From the NCBI GenBank assembly GCA_036514055.1, contig DATBXX010000008.1, forward strand, positions 29,060 to 93,059: a stretch of DNA of 64,000 nt, given 5' to 3'. Made by a program: the position numbers and the translations under genes. Below the pieces are notes generated by a model that worked only from the letters and a program-made list of their open reading frames with translations, was not told the origin of the DNA and ran no database searches. Within the stretch, counting starts at the first letter, position 1; every line of letters starts with the position of its first letter. This stretch comes from Candidatus Acidiferrales bacterium. Lineage in GTDB: Bacteria; Acidobacteriota; Terriglobia; Acidiferrales; UBA7541. Positions 27,473-35,802 of the stretch are shown here, one piece after another.

Positions 27473-28852
27473 ATGAAACAGGAAAAACCCTCGATCCTCA
27501 TCGTCGAAGACGAGCCGAAAATGCGGCGCGTACTTGAACTCCAGCTCGCCGACGAAGGATTTCACGCCCGCACGGCGGGCGACGCCGAAACGGGGCTGCA
27601 ACTCCTCGGCAAAGAACCGTTCGATGTCATCGTCACCGACTTCAAGCTCCCGGGCATGAGCGGCCTTGAATTCCTTCAGGCTGTCAAACGCGTGAACGCG
27701 GATCTGCCCGTCGTGATCATGACCGCCTACGGCACCGTTGAAACCGCGGTCGACGCCATGAAGGCGGGGGCGAGTGACTACGTGCTCAAACCGTTCTCGC
27801 TTGCCGAACTCGTTCTGGTAATCCGCAAGGAACTCGCCAGTCACCAACTGCGGCAGGAGAATCGTGACCTGCGCGAAGCTCTTGGCAAGCGTTACGAATA
27901 CAAGAACATCATCGCGCGTAGCGACAAAATGCAGGCCGTTCTCGCGCTCGTGGAGCGCGTCGCACCAACCAACTCAACCGTTCTCATCGGCGGCGAAAGC
28001 GGAGTCGGTAAGGATCTTGTCGCGCGCGCAATCCACGAACATTCGCAGCGTGCCGCAGGGCCGTTCGTTAAGATCAACAGCACCGCGATTCCGGAAACAC
28101 TGCTTGAAAGCGAGCTCTTCGGCTACGAAAAGGGGGCGTTTTCCGGCGCCACGGCGAGCAAGCCCGGTAAGTTTGAGCTTGCCGACAAGGGCACGCTCTT
28201 CCTGGACGAGATCGGCGACGTCCCCGGGGCGATTCAAGTGAAGCTGCTGCGAGTTCTGCAGGATCGCGAGTTCGAGCGTCTGGGCAGCACAAGAACCCTC
28301 AAAGTGGATGTCCGCCTGGTGGCGGCCACCAACCGCGATCTGCGCGCCGCGCTGGAAGAGGGCACGTTTCGCGAGGATCTCTATTACCGCCTGAACGTGG
28401 TCGCAATTGATATCCCGCCTTTGCGCGAGCACAAGGAAGATATCCCGGCGCTGGCCGACTTTTTCCTGGATAAGAGCGCACGCGAGTCCGGCAAAGCGCT
28501 CCAGGGCATTACGCCGCAGGCAATGAAGCTCCTGATGGATTATCACTGGCCCGGCAACGTGCGGGAACTTCAAAATGTTCTGGAACGTGCCGTCACCCTC
28601 TCCTCGGGTGCCATGCTCGATGTTCACGACATTCATATCGACAATGCACCTCGGCGGGCGTCCGCCGATTCCGCTGCAGCCCTGCCGCATGGGATGACCC
28701 TGGAGCAATGGGAAGAGGAAATGCTCCGCGAGGCGCTCCGGCGGGCCAACGGCAACAAGAGTCAGGCCGCTCGTGCTCTCGGCCTTTCGCGCAATGCGCT
28801 GCGCTACCGCCTCTCGAAAATGGGCGTCTCCGATCCCCCTGACAAGGAATAG
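27473..28852 (+). CDS. Sigma-54-dependent response regulator (NtrC family enhancer-binding protein)
   Basis: REC domain (ILIVEDEP...DVIVTDFKLPGMSG). AAA+ domain with GESGVGKD and the sigma-54 contact loop GAFSGA. C-terminal Fis-type HTH (SQAARALGLSRNALRYRL). Confidence 0.92.
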   Translation: MKQEKPSILIVEDEPKMRRVLELQLADEGFHARTAGDAETGLQLLGKEPFDVIVTDFKLPGMSGLEFLQAVKRVNADLPVVIMTAYGTVETAVDAMKAGASDYVLKPFSLAELVLVIRKELASHQLRQENRDLREALGKRYEYKNIIARSDKMQAVLALVERVAPTNSTVLIGGESGVGKDLVARAIHEHSQRAAGPFVKINSTAIPETLLESELFGYEKGAFSGATASKPGKFELADKGTLFLDEIGDVPGAIQVKLLRVLQDREFERLGSTRTLKVDVRLVAATNRDLRAALEEGTFREDLYYRLNVVAIDIPPLREHKEDIPALADFFLDKSARESGKALQGITPQAMKLLMDYHWPGNVRELQNVLERAVTLSSGAMLDVHDIHIDNAPRRASADSAAALPHGMTLEQWEEEMLREALRRANGNKSQAARALGLSRNALRYRLSKMGVSDPPDKE

Positions 28853-28893
28853 CTCCAGAGGGCATCTAGCCGCCGGTTTTTAGCCCCTGTATC

Positions 28894-28910
28894 GGTGGTT
28901 GAAAACCACC
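28894..28910 (+). promoter_or_regulatory. Candidate enhancer (UAS) palindrome
   Basis: Perfect 7-3-7 inverted repeat GGTGGTT-GAA-AACCACC, 120-137 nt upstream of the -24 element. No T-run follows it, so it is unlikely to be a terminator. Confidence 0.45.
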
Positions 28911-29029
28911 ACCCCCGCGCCAAATCCACCAGTAGCGGCCCGGGGTGCCCGAGTCCCAACTCCCGCCGAGATCCATGTAACTCGATGTTTTTATTGGTGT
29001 TATGCTTCACTCCAAGTGGCCCCGAACTT

Positions 29030-29045
29030 TGGCACTGTCCCTGCA
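29030..29045 (+). promoter_or_regulatory. Sigma-54 (-24/-12) promoter
   Basis: TGGCAC-TGTCC-CTGCA with exact GG-N10-GC spacing. It is 53 nt upstream of the ATG at 29098 and immediately downstream of the sigma-54 activator gene. Confidence 0.75.
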
Positions 29046-29097
29046 TTACACGGGTGGAGTTCAAAGTTCCCGGCCATCGTTTGCAGGGGGAGAAAAG

Positions 29098-31158
29098 ATG
29101 AAAAGGTACCTCGCGAGTTTGGCGGTGCTGAGTCTTCTGACTCTAAGCTTGCCGACGAGAAACGCCGAAGGTCAGGCGCCGCCCCCTCCGCCTGCGGGCT
29201 CTTCGGCTGAGCAAACAGATCCGGCCTCGGCTGACGCCCAGGCGCCGGGCGTCGCGCGCGTCAGCTACATCCACGGAGACGTTTCCTCTCAGCGTGGCGA
29301 CAATAGCGAGTGGGTAGCGGTGACGCAGAATTCCCCCGTTTCCCAAGGTGATCGCGTTGCGACCGGACCGAATTCGCGTGCGGAACTTCAATTGGATTAT
29401 GCCGACGTTTTGCGTTTGTCTGGCGGCGCCACGGTCAACATCACGAGTTTGTCGCGAGGCGCGATTCAGGTCCAGGTAGGTCAGGGACTGGTCACCTACG
29501 TCGTGCTCAAAGGCAGCGAAGCAAATGCGGAGATCGACACGCCAAATTCCTCGGTGTACCCGCAGGGTCCCGGCGAGTATCGCATTGCAGTTAACTCCGA
29601 CTCGGAAACTCAAATTACGGTCCGTCAAGGCTCGGCCGACATCGCGACTCCGCAAGGCAGCACCCACGTGGACCAGGGTCAAATGAGCACGATCGAGGGA
29701 ACCGATAGCCCGCAGTATAAGACCGAAACTGCGGCTGGCCGGGATGAGTGGGATATCTGGAACGACGAGCGTGATCACCGCATCAGCAGTGCCTCAAGCT
29801 GGGGCAAAACTGACCGGTACTACACGGGCTCGGAAGATCTCGATACCTATGGCACCTGGAGCGAAGTGCCGGACTACGGGCCTGTCTGGATTCCTTCAGG
29901 AACAGGCCCGGACTGGGCTCCCTACCGGGAAGGCCGCTGGGTTTATGAGCCCTATTATGGCTGGACATGGGTCTCCTCCGAGCCTTGGGGCTGGGCTCCG
30001 TATCACTACGGCCGTTGGTTCGTCTATGGGAACAGCTGGGCGTGGTGGCCAGGACCGGTTGCCGGTTACCCGGGTTACTACCCGATCTGGTCGCCTGCCT
30101 ATGTCTCCTTCTTCGGTTTTGGCGGGGTTGGATTCGGAGTTGGCTTCGGCTTTGGATTCGGCCGTTTTGGCTGGCTGCCCTGTGGGCCCGGCGACTGGTT
30201 CCATCCCTGGTATGGCGGTTTTGGTGGCCGCTTCAACTCAGTCGGCGTCGCGAATTTCAACAATTCTCACAACGGATTCGCGCCACTGGGTGGGAACCGA
30301 GCGCGTCAGTTCTCAAACGTGCACGCGGCCATGTCGAGCGATCGAGTTCGCGGAGGTGTCTCCTCGATGGCTGGAGGCGAATTCGGACGCGGCGTGGTCG
30401 CCTCTCATCAGGCAACGATGAGTGCGGATTCGTTCCGCGAGGGCAACATGATGACCGGAAAGATGCCCGTCGCGCCGTCGCGGGAAAGCTTCAGCCCGTC
30501 GGGTCGCGCGGCCAGTCAGTCAGCGATTCGAAGTGCAAGCACAGGTTCGCAGCACTTCTTTAGCGGTGGCTCGAGGATGAACAACACTGCCGCGGGTTCC
30601 CGTTCGTTTGGAAATCCGAACGAGGCCCGAGGGCAATCCGGGTTCGCCGGCAACGGCGGTTCGGCCGCGCAATCCGGTCATCAGGGATGGCAGCATTTCT
30701 CAGCACCGCCATCCGGCTCTACGAACCATTCAGGCCAAGGTTTCGGCGCAAACGGCTCCGGAACCCTGAGCAACTCCTCGCGTGGATCGTCTGCATCAGG
30801 CGAAGCAGCGGGGGGAAACCAGGCTGAGAATCACAGTTCTTGGCAACATTTTACCCCGCCTGCGTCGTCGTCACGAGGGGGCTCCTCAAACTCATACAAT
30901 TCATACTCTCGGCCTCCTCTTAATATGAGGCAGCCCATCGTGACGCCGCGTGGCGGATCCAGTACCTACGGTTCTCGTTCAAACGGATCGAATCCGTACG
31001 GATCGAGCAGCCCAAGAGGTGTGTACAATGCTCCGCGACCGACGTACAGCGCCCCGCGCAGCAGCGGAAGCAGTAACAGCCCCCATAGCAGCGGCGGTGG
31101 TAGTCATTCCGGCGGCGGCCACTCCGGTGGCGGCGGCCATGGCGGCGGACACCACTAA
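29098..31158 (+). CDS. Secreted FecR-like / Trp-Tyr-Gly-rich protein with a Ser/Gly/His low-complexity tail
   Basis: GGGGGAG Shine-Dalgarno. Signal peptide MKRYLASLAVLSLLTLSLP. Core YGWTWVSSEPWGWAPYHYGRWFVYGNSWAWWPGP, GFG repeats, and the tail ...GGGSHSGGGHSGGGGHGGGHH. Confidence 0.8.
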   Translation: MKRYLASLAVLSLLTLSLPTRNAEGQAPPPPPAGSSAEQTDPASADAQAPGVARVSYIHGDVSSQRGDNSEWVAVTQNSPVSQGDRVATGPNSRAELQLDYADVLRLSGGATVNITSLSRGAIQVQVGQGLVTYVVLKGSEANAEIDTPNSSVYPQGPGEYRIAVNSDSETQITVRQGSADIATPQGSTHVDQGQMSTIEGTDSPQYKTETAAGRDEWDIWNDERDHRISSASSWGKTDRYYTGSEDLDTYGTWSEVPDYGPVWIPSGTGPDWAPYREGRWVYEPYYGWTWVSSEPWGWAPYHYGRWFVYGNSWAWWPGPVAGYPGYYPIWSPAYVSFFGFGGVGFGVGFGFGFGRFGWLPCGPGDWFHPWYGGFGGRFNSVGVANFNNSHNGFAPLGGNRARQFSNVHAAMSSDRVRGGVSSMAGGEFGRGVVASHQATMSADSFREGNMMTGKMPVAPSRESFSPSGRAASQSAIRSASTGSQHFFSGGSRMNNTAAGSRSFGNPNEARGQSGFAGNGGSAAQSGHQGWQHFSAPPSGSTNHSGQGFGANGSGTLSNSSRGSSASGEAAGGNQAENHSSWQHFTPPASSSRGGSSNSYNSYSRPPLNMRQPIVTPRGGSSTYGSRSNGSNPYGSSSPRGVYNAPRPTYSAPRSSGSSNSPHSSGGGSHSGGGHSGGGGHGGGHH

Positions 31159-31428
31159 GAAAACCCTCAGCCACATACCCTGGCAAGCACGGCCCAGCAG
31201 GATCGGGTCGGTTGACGTACCCGGCCCGGCTCGACGGGAAATTTCTGTGAATTCGAGCGGCTGGAACCGGCAAGAACAAATTCGGTCGGCGAGGGTTTCA
31301 TGAATGGGAGCATACGAGATTATGTCAAACTTACGCGTTGTAACATGGCTCGCGTGGCTGATGGTCTGGCAACGGCTCACGCGCTTGGTTATGGTGTCCA
31401 GGTTTCGGGGCACGACAGGAGAGACTAC

Positions 31429-33303
31429 ATGATCATCCGCAAGATCAAGACGATCCGCTCGGTTTTCGCGCTCCTGCTTTTCGCTGCTGGGCTCGTTGCA
31501 TTATTCCCGGCGTTCGCCTCCGCGCAGGACGACCCGCCAGGCCGCGTTGCCCGTCTGAACTTTATGCAGGGCTCGGTTTCCTACCAGGTTGCCGGTGACC
31601 AGGATTGGGTGCAGGCCGATCCAAATCGCCCGCTGACGGCCGGTGACAATCTCTGGGCCGACAATAATTCCCGAGGCGAAGTCCACATTGGTAGTACGGC
31701 CATTCGGATGTCGAGCAATACAGGAATTTCGTTCCTGACGCTGGACGACCGTACGGTCCAGCTGCAGCTTGCGCAGGGCGCGATTGAAGTACACGTTCGC
31801 AATGTCTCGCCAGGCGATGCGTTTGAAATCGACACGCCGAACCTAGCGTTCACGATTGACCGGGGAGGCGAATATCGCATCCAGACCGATCCGGACGCAG
31901 GATCGACCGTCATCATCGTACGCGAAGGCCAGGGCGAAGTGAGCGGCGGAGGAGATTCCTGGAACCTGCCTGAAGGTCAGCAGTACACCTTTAATGGCAC
32001 CGACCAGATTTCCTATGACGCTTCCCCGGTGCCAGGATTTGACGAATTCGAAGACTGGTGCCAATCGCGCGATCAGCGCGAAAATGCTTCCCAATCGGCG
32101 AGATATGTCTCCCGGGATATCGATGGATACTACGATCTGGACCAATACGGCGACTGGCGCACAGATCCGGATTACGGCGCGGTGTGGGTTCCCCGCGGAG
32201 TGGTGGCGGGATGGGCTCCCTATCAGGCCGGCCACTGGGTGTACGTTGCGCCGTGGGGCTGGACCTGGGTGGACGCCGAACCATGGGGCTTTGCGCCGTT
32301 CCATTACGGCCGCTGGGCTTTCGTCGGCGGTTATTGGGGATGGGTCCCTGGGCCCGTCGTTGTCCGGCCGGTATACGCTCCGGCGCTGGTGGGATTCGTG
32401 GGAGGCGGCGGGTTCGGCGTCGGTGTTGCATTCGGCGGAGGATTTTCCGGCGTAGCATGGTTCCCGCTCGGTCCGCGTGACGTGTTCGTCCCCGGCTATC
32501 GCGCCAGCGCGCGGTACGTGCAGAACATCAACGTCACCAATTCGCGCGTCGTCAACGTGACGCAAGTCACGACCGTTTACAACAACGTGTATATCAATCA
32601 CAACACGACGGTGGTCAACAATTACACCTACGCGCACAATGAAACTGCAGTGACCGCCGTTTCGCGAGAAACGTTTGTGAACGCGCGGCCTGTTGCCGGC
32701 GCGACCGTTCGTGTGTCGGCTCAACAGATTCAGAGTGCACGCGCGGTCGAGACTTCGCCCATCGCGCCGACGCGATCGAGCTACGTCTCATCGACCGCAC
32801 ACGTTTCAGTCAATCGGCCCGCGGTTCCGTTCGCGCAGCGAGCCGTAGTTGCGCGGCTAAATCCGGCGGTTTCGCGCCCCGTGGTTCAGCCCGCGGCCAA
32901 GAGCAACGGCCAATTCGGTCACGACCAAGGTAACCCGCAATACAATTCGCGGGGCAACAACAACGCCAACAACAGCCAGCAGCCTGTGCGCTCAACCACT
33001 CCGGCGCAAAACCAGCCGGCGTCGCGCGACGGTTTCAGACCGTTCCAGCCTCCCGCTGCTGGGGCGACCGGCACCGCCAGCAGCACGAACAGCAACAAGA
33101 CCGAGAACAATACGACGCAAGGCGATCAGCGGCAGCCGATGCGATTTACTCCGCCGGTGAAAGCAAAGGATGAGAATTACGACGTCCATCCCCCACTGAA
33201 CCAAAGACCAGCGGCTGCGCAGAACACCGAAGCGCCGAAGCAGGAAACCAAGCCGGCGAAAGAACCCAAGAAAGAAGAGGACAAAAAGAAGGATAACAAG
33301 TAG
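31429..33303 (+). CDS. Paralog of the 29098 protein (secreted FecR-like / Trp-Tyr-Gly-rich) with a Lys/Glu-rich tail
   Basis: AGGAGA Shine-Dalgarno. Signal peptide MIIRKIKTIRSVFALLLFAAGLVALFPAFASA. Core WGWTWVDAEPWGFAPFHYGRWAFVGGYWGWVPGP. Tail KQETKPAKEPKKEEDKKKDNK. Confidence 0.8.
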   Translation: MIIRKIKTIRSVFALLLFAAGLVALFPAFASAQDDPPGRVARLNFMQGSVSYQVAGDQDWVQADPNRPLTAGDNLWADNNSRGEVHIGSTAIRMSSNTGISFLTLDDRTVQLQLAQGAIEVHVRNVSPGDAFEIDTPNLAFTIDRGGEYRIQTDPDAGSTVIIVREGQGEVSGGGDSWNLPEGQQYTFNGTDQISYDASPVPGFDEFEDWCQSRDQRENASQSARYVSRDIDGYYDLDQYGDWRTDPDYGAVWVPRGVVAGWAPYQAGHWVYVAPWGWTWVDAEPWGFAPFHYGRWAFVGGYWGWVPGPVVVRPVYAPALVGFVGGGGFGVGVAFGGGFSGVAWFPLGPRDVFVPGYRASARYVQNINVTNSRVVNVTQVTTVYNNVYINHNTTVVNNYTYAHNETAVTAVSRETFVNARPVAGATVRVSAQQIQSARAVETSPIAPTRSSYVSSTAHVSVNRPAVPFAQRAVVARLNPAVSRPVVQPAAKSNGQFGHDQGNPQYNSRGNNNANNSQQPVRSTTPAQNQPASRDGFRPFQPPAAGATGTASSTNSNKTENNTTQGDQRQPMRFTPPVKAKDENYDVHPPLNQRPAAAQNTEAPKQETKPAKEPKKEEDKKKDNK

Positions 33304-33336
33304 TTCGCCACAACCTGTCTTTCAAGCTGATTCGCG

Positions 33337-33369
33337 GCGGCCCCGAGCGATTGGGGCCGCTTCTTTCTT
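33337..33369 (+). terminator. Rho-independent terminator
   Basis: GCGGCCCC-GAGCGATT-GGGGCCGC followed by TTCTTTCTT, 34 nt after the stop at 33303. Confidence 0.7.
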
Positions 33370-33395
33370 GGGCCTTGAAAGCCAGGGCTTCAGAT

Positions 33396-35705
33396 CTAAG
33401 GCGATGCGGTGTCCGGTCCAACGGGTGCGGCGGGCGGCGCCGCTGCGGGGTTGGGGGACGCCGGGGGTTGCTCGAGCGCGAGGTAGGCCCGGCCAAAGGC
33501 GGATTGCTGGGTGCCGGCCGCAATCGCCACAGCCTGTACCGTGTAGTGTCCGGAAGGCAATTTTGCGAGCGGCAGGCTTATGCGGTACGACGCGGTGCGG
33601 GTTGTGGGGTCGACGGCAGTCGGCGCAAGCAGCGGCGTGGCGTTCACCTGCACGCCGCCGCGGAAGAACACCAGGCCGGCGCGAAGCGTGCTGGGATCAA
33701 GCGGTTCGGATTTATCGGTTTTTTCCGGATAGTAGGCCTGGAAGAAAACATAGAGCGTCTGCTGCTGGGTAAAAAAGCGGGTGACACTGGGAACGATTTT
33801 TTCGCCCTGCATCTCGAGCGGTGAGGTGGCAATCTGCGCGCGCATTCCCTGCCCCCGCGTCTGGACCTCCGATGACTTCGCTACGGGAACCAGCTGGCTT
33901 GAAAGCAGAACCGAGCTCAGGGTCATGCGTTCGGCCGGGCGCTGGAGCACGGTGAACGCCTGCTCGAACGTGCCGATTTTCCCGGATTCATTTTCGCGCG
34001 CGATGAACTTCATCCGATACGAGCCTGGTGCAAGCACTACGCCTCCCTGATAGACCAGGTTGCTGCGGTTGACTTGCTGAAACCTCTCCTCATCGAGATG
34101 CACGGTGATCGTATCGCGCAGCTGGGCGACGCTTTTCCCGGATGGTTGGGCAAGGACTTCGGCGGCAAAATCGAAGGCAGCCTCGTGACGGCCATGCTTC
34201 TTGGCCCAATCCAGAGCGCTGGACGACAGCTTCGCTGCGATGGGGACGTACACCTGCTGATCGTTCAATCGGAACATCGCGGTTTCAACCGCGATCGGAA
34301 GATCAACTTCCGGGCTTTCCGAACGCATGGCGTCGGCAAGCTGATGATCGCGATCCTCTTTTTCCAGGTGTTGAAAATCTCGCGGGGCGTAATAGCCGTT
34401 GCGGTAGCGGATGTGTGCTCCCGGTGCGTTAACCTTTAGGCGAATGGCGTGCCAGCGTCCGTCGCGTTTTACGTCTGACGGGAGATCGTACCCGACTAGA
34501 TAGTACCCGCTGTTGTCCTGCTGAATTTTCGGAAAGGCGTCGCTCAGGTCCCCGAGATCAAAGAAAGCCTTGCCGCCGGTGTCGACCGAAAGTGTGGCGA
34601 GCGTGTCACGCGAGTCCTCGCGCTGATCAGTCTGGTGGTACACCGACGCGCCGCTGAACATCGAGGTGCCGGTTGCCGCATTGACGGTGACATCGCCGCC
34701 CGGGGGACTTGCGAACATGCCGCGGGCATCGATCGAGTAGATGGATACGTCGGCTCGATTGGCGGCGTCGGTGACGGCTCGCAACTCGGCGCGATTTTCT
34801 TCCCCAGTCTGGGTGATCCCGCCGGTGAATTCAACTAGCGCCTTTCTTCCCGGGATGCCCGCCAGGACATTCGCGAGGCCTTCAACAGCCGCAAGCTTTT
34901 GATCCGTGTTAAACACGTCAAATTCGGTCTCGTCCGGCGTGTAGGCAGCACCGGTGTACTCCTGGACGTCGTATTCCCCATTTTGCGCGGCGGCGTAAAG
35001 TGGATTGGAAATCTGAGAGGCGGCACCTGGAACCAATTGCGCAATGGCCTTGTCCAGTGTCGAGCGGTCGTTCGTGAAATTCGCAAGCACCGCAAGGCGC
35101 GTGCTGAACACCACAACGGAAACCAGATCGGCGGGCGTCATCTGCTGCTTCAGAAATTTCTGCGCCGCTGTATGGGCCCGAAGGATGTCGTCGGTCTCCA
35201 TCGAGGTCATATCGAAAAACAGTACGATCATGCGGCGGTCGCGAACCGTGTCGGTGACGGCTTCGGCGGCGCCCGGACCATCATTGTCTACCGGGACGAC
35301 AATCGGCGTGGCGTTCTGTTCGGTCGCGGTCTCGACTTTTTCGATATCCGAGTAGGAAAAACTGGATATCTTCTGCTGCTTGCCGTCGTCAGTAACGACA
35401 AACTGATCCGCCCGCAGCCCCTTGATCGGCTTCCCGGAGCCGTCGGTGACGGCCACGTCGATACGAACGACGTTTGATTGAGCACGTAGGACGAACGTCG
35501 GATTCGCCTGCGGAGGCTGCTGCGCCGGTGCGGGCGGAGGCTGCTGCTGCGCCACAACGGAAATCGCTGCGAAGCTCACTCCCAGGGCAAGAACCGTCAC
35601 GAGCGAGCCGTGAGCGGGGTCGCCGCGAAAAGTGCGTCGGCCCGAACGATCGCCGGCTGCCTTCTTCTGTTCGCAGTCAGGACCGGATCTTCGCATCACA
35701 AACAT
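33396..35705 (-). CDS. VWA domain protein (acidobacterial VWFA-related type) with a long C-terminal extension
   Basis: Start taken at MFVMRRSG. After the signal region, VVRIDVAVTDGSGKPIKGLRADQFVVTDDGKQQKISSF matches the TIGR03436-type N-module. The VWA MIDAS-like segment is MIVLFFDMTSM. Confidence 0.8.
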   Translation of the reverse strand: MFVMRRSGPDCEQKKAAGDRSGRRTFRGDPAHGSLVTVLALGVSFAAISVVAQQQPPPAPAQQPPQANPTFVLRAQSNVVRIDVAVTDGSGKPIKGLRADQFVVTDDGKQQKISSFSYSDIEKVETATEQNATPIVVPVDNDGPGAAEAVTDTVRDRRMIVLFFDMTSMETDDILRAHTAAQKFLKQQMTPADLVSVVVFSTRLAVLANFTNDRSTLDKAIAQLVPGAASQISNPLYAAAQNGEYDVQEYTGAAYTPDETEFDVFNTDQKLAAVEGLANVLAGIPGRKALVEFTGGITQTGEENRAELRAVTDAANRADVSIYSIDARGMFASPPGGDVTVNAATGTSMFSGASVYHQTDQREDSRDTLATLSVDTGGKAFFDLGDLSDAFPKIQQDNSGYYLVGYDLPSDVKRDGRWHAIRLKVNAPGAHIRYRNGYYAPRDFQHLEKEDRDHQLADAMRSESPEVDLPIAVETAMFRLNDQQVYVPIAAKLSSSALDWAKKHGRHEAAFDFAAEVLAQPSGKSVAQLRDTITVHLDEERFQQVNRSNLVYQGGVVLAPGSYRMKFIARENESGKIGTFEQAFTVLQRPAERMTLSSVLLSSQLVPVAKSSEVQTRGQGMRAQIATSPLEMQGEKIVPSVTRFFTQQQTLYVFFQAYYPEKTDKSEPLDPSTLRAGLVFFRGGVQVNATPLLAPTAVDPTTRTASYRISLPLAKLPSGHYTVQAVAIAAGTQQSAFGRAYLALEQPPASPNPAAAPPAAPVGPDTASP

Positions 35706-35802
35706 GTTAGTCCTCGCAGGGACGCGCGCAAGCACGTAGTTTGTGCAAAGACTCTTGCGCAATTCTCGCAACAACCGGTCCAGGGCATCACGTAACTCAT
35801 CG

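Noticed and set aside
34439-34454. A sigma-54-like match on the minus strand (TGGCAC-GCCAT-TCGCC, correct GG-N10-GC spacing) inside the VWA gene. A weaker match lies at 8061-8076 inside the TBDR-like gene.
   Set aside because: Both are deep inside coding sequence with no downstream gene start to serve, and neither has an upstream dyad. They are most likely chance matches in GC-rich DNA.
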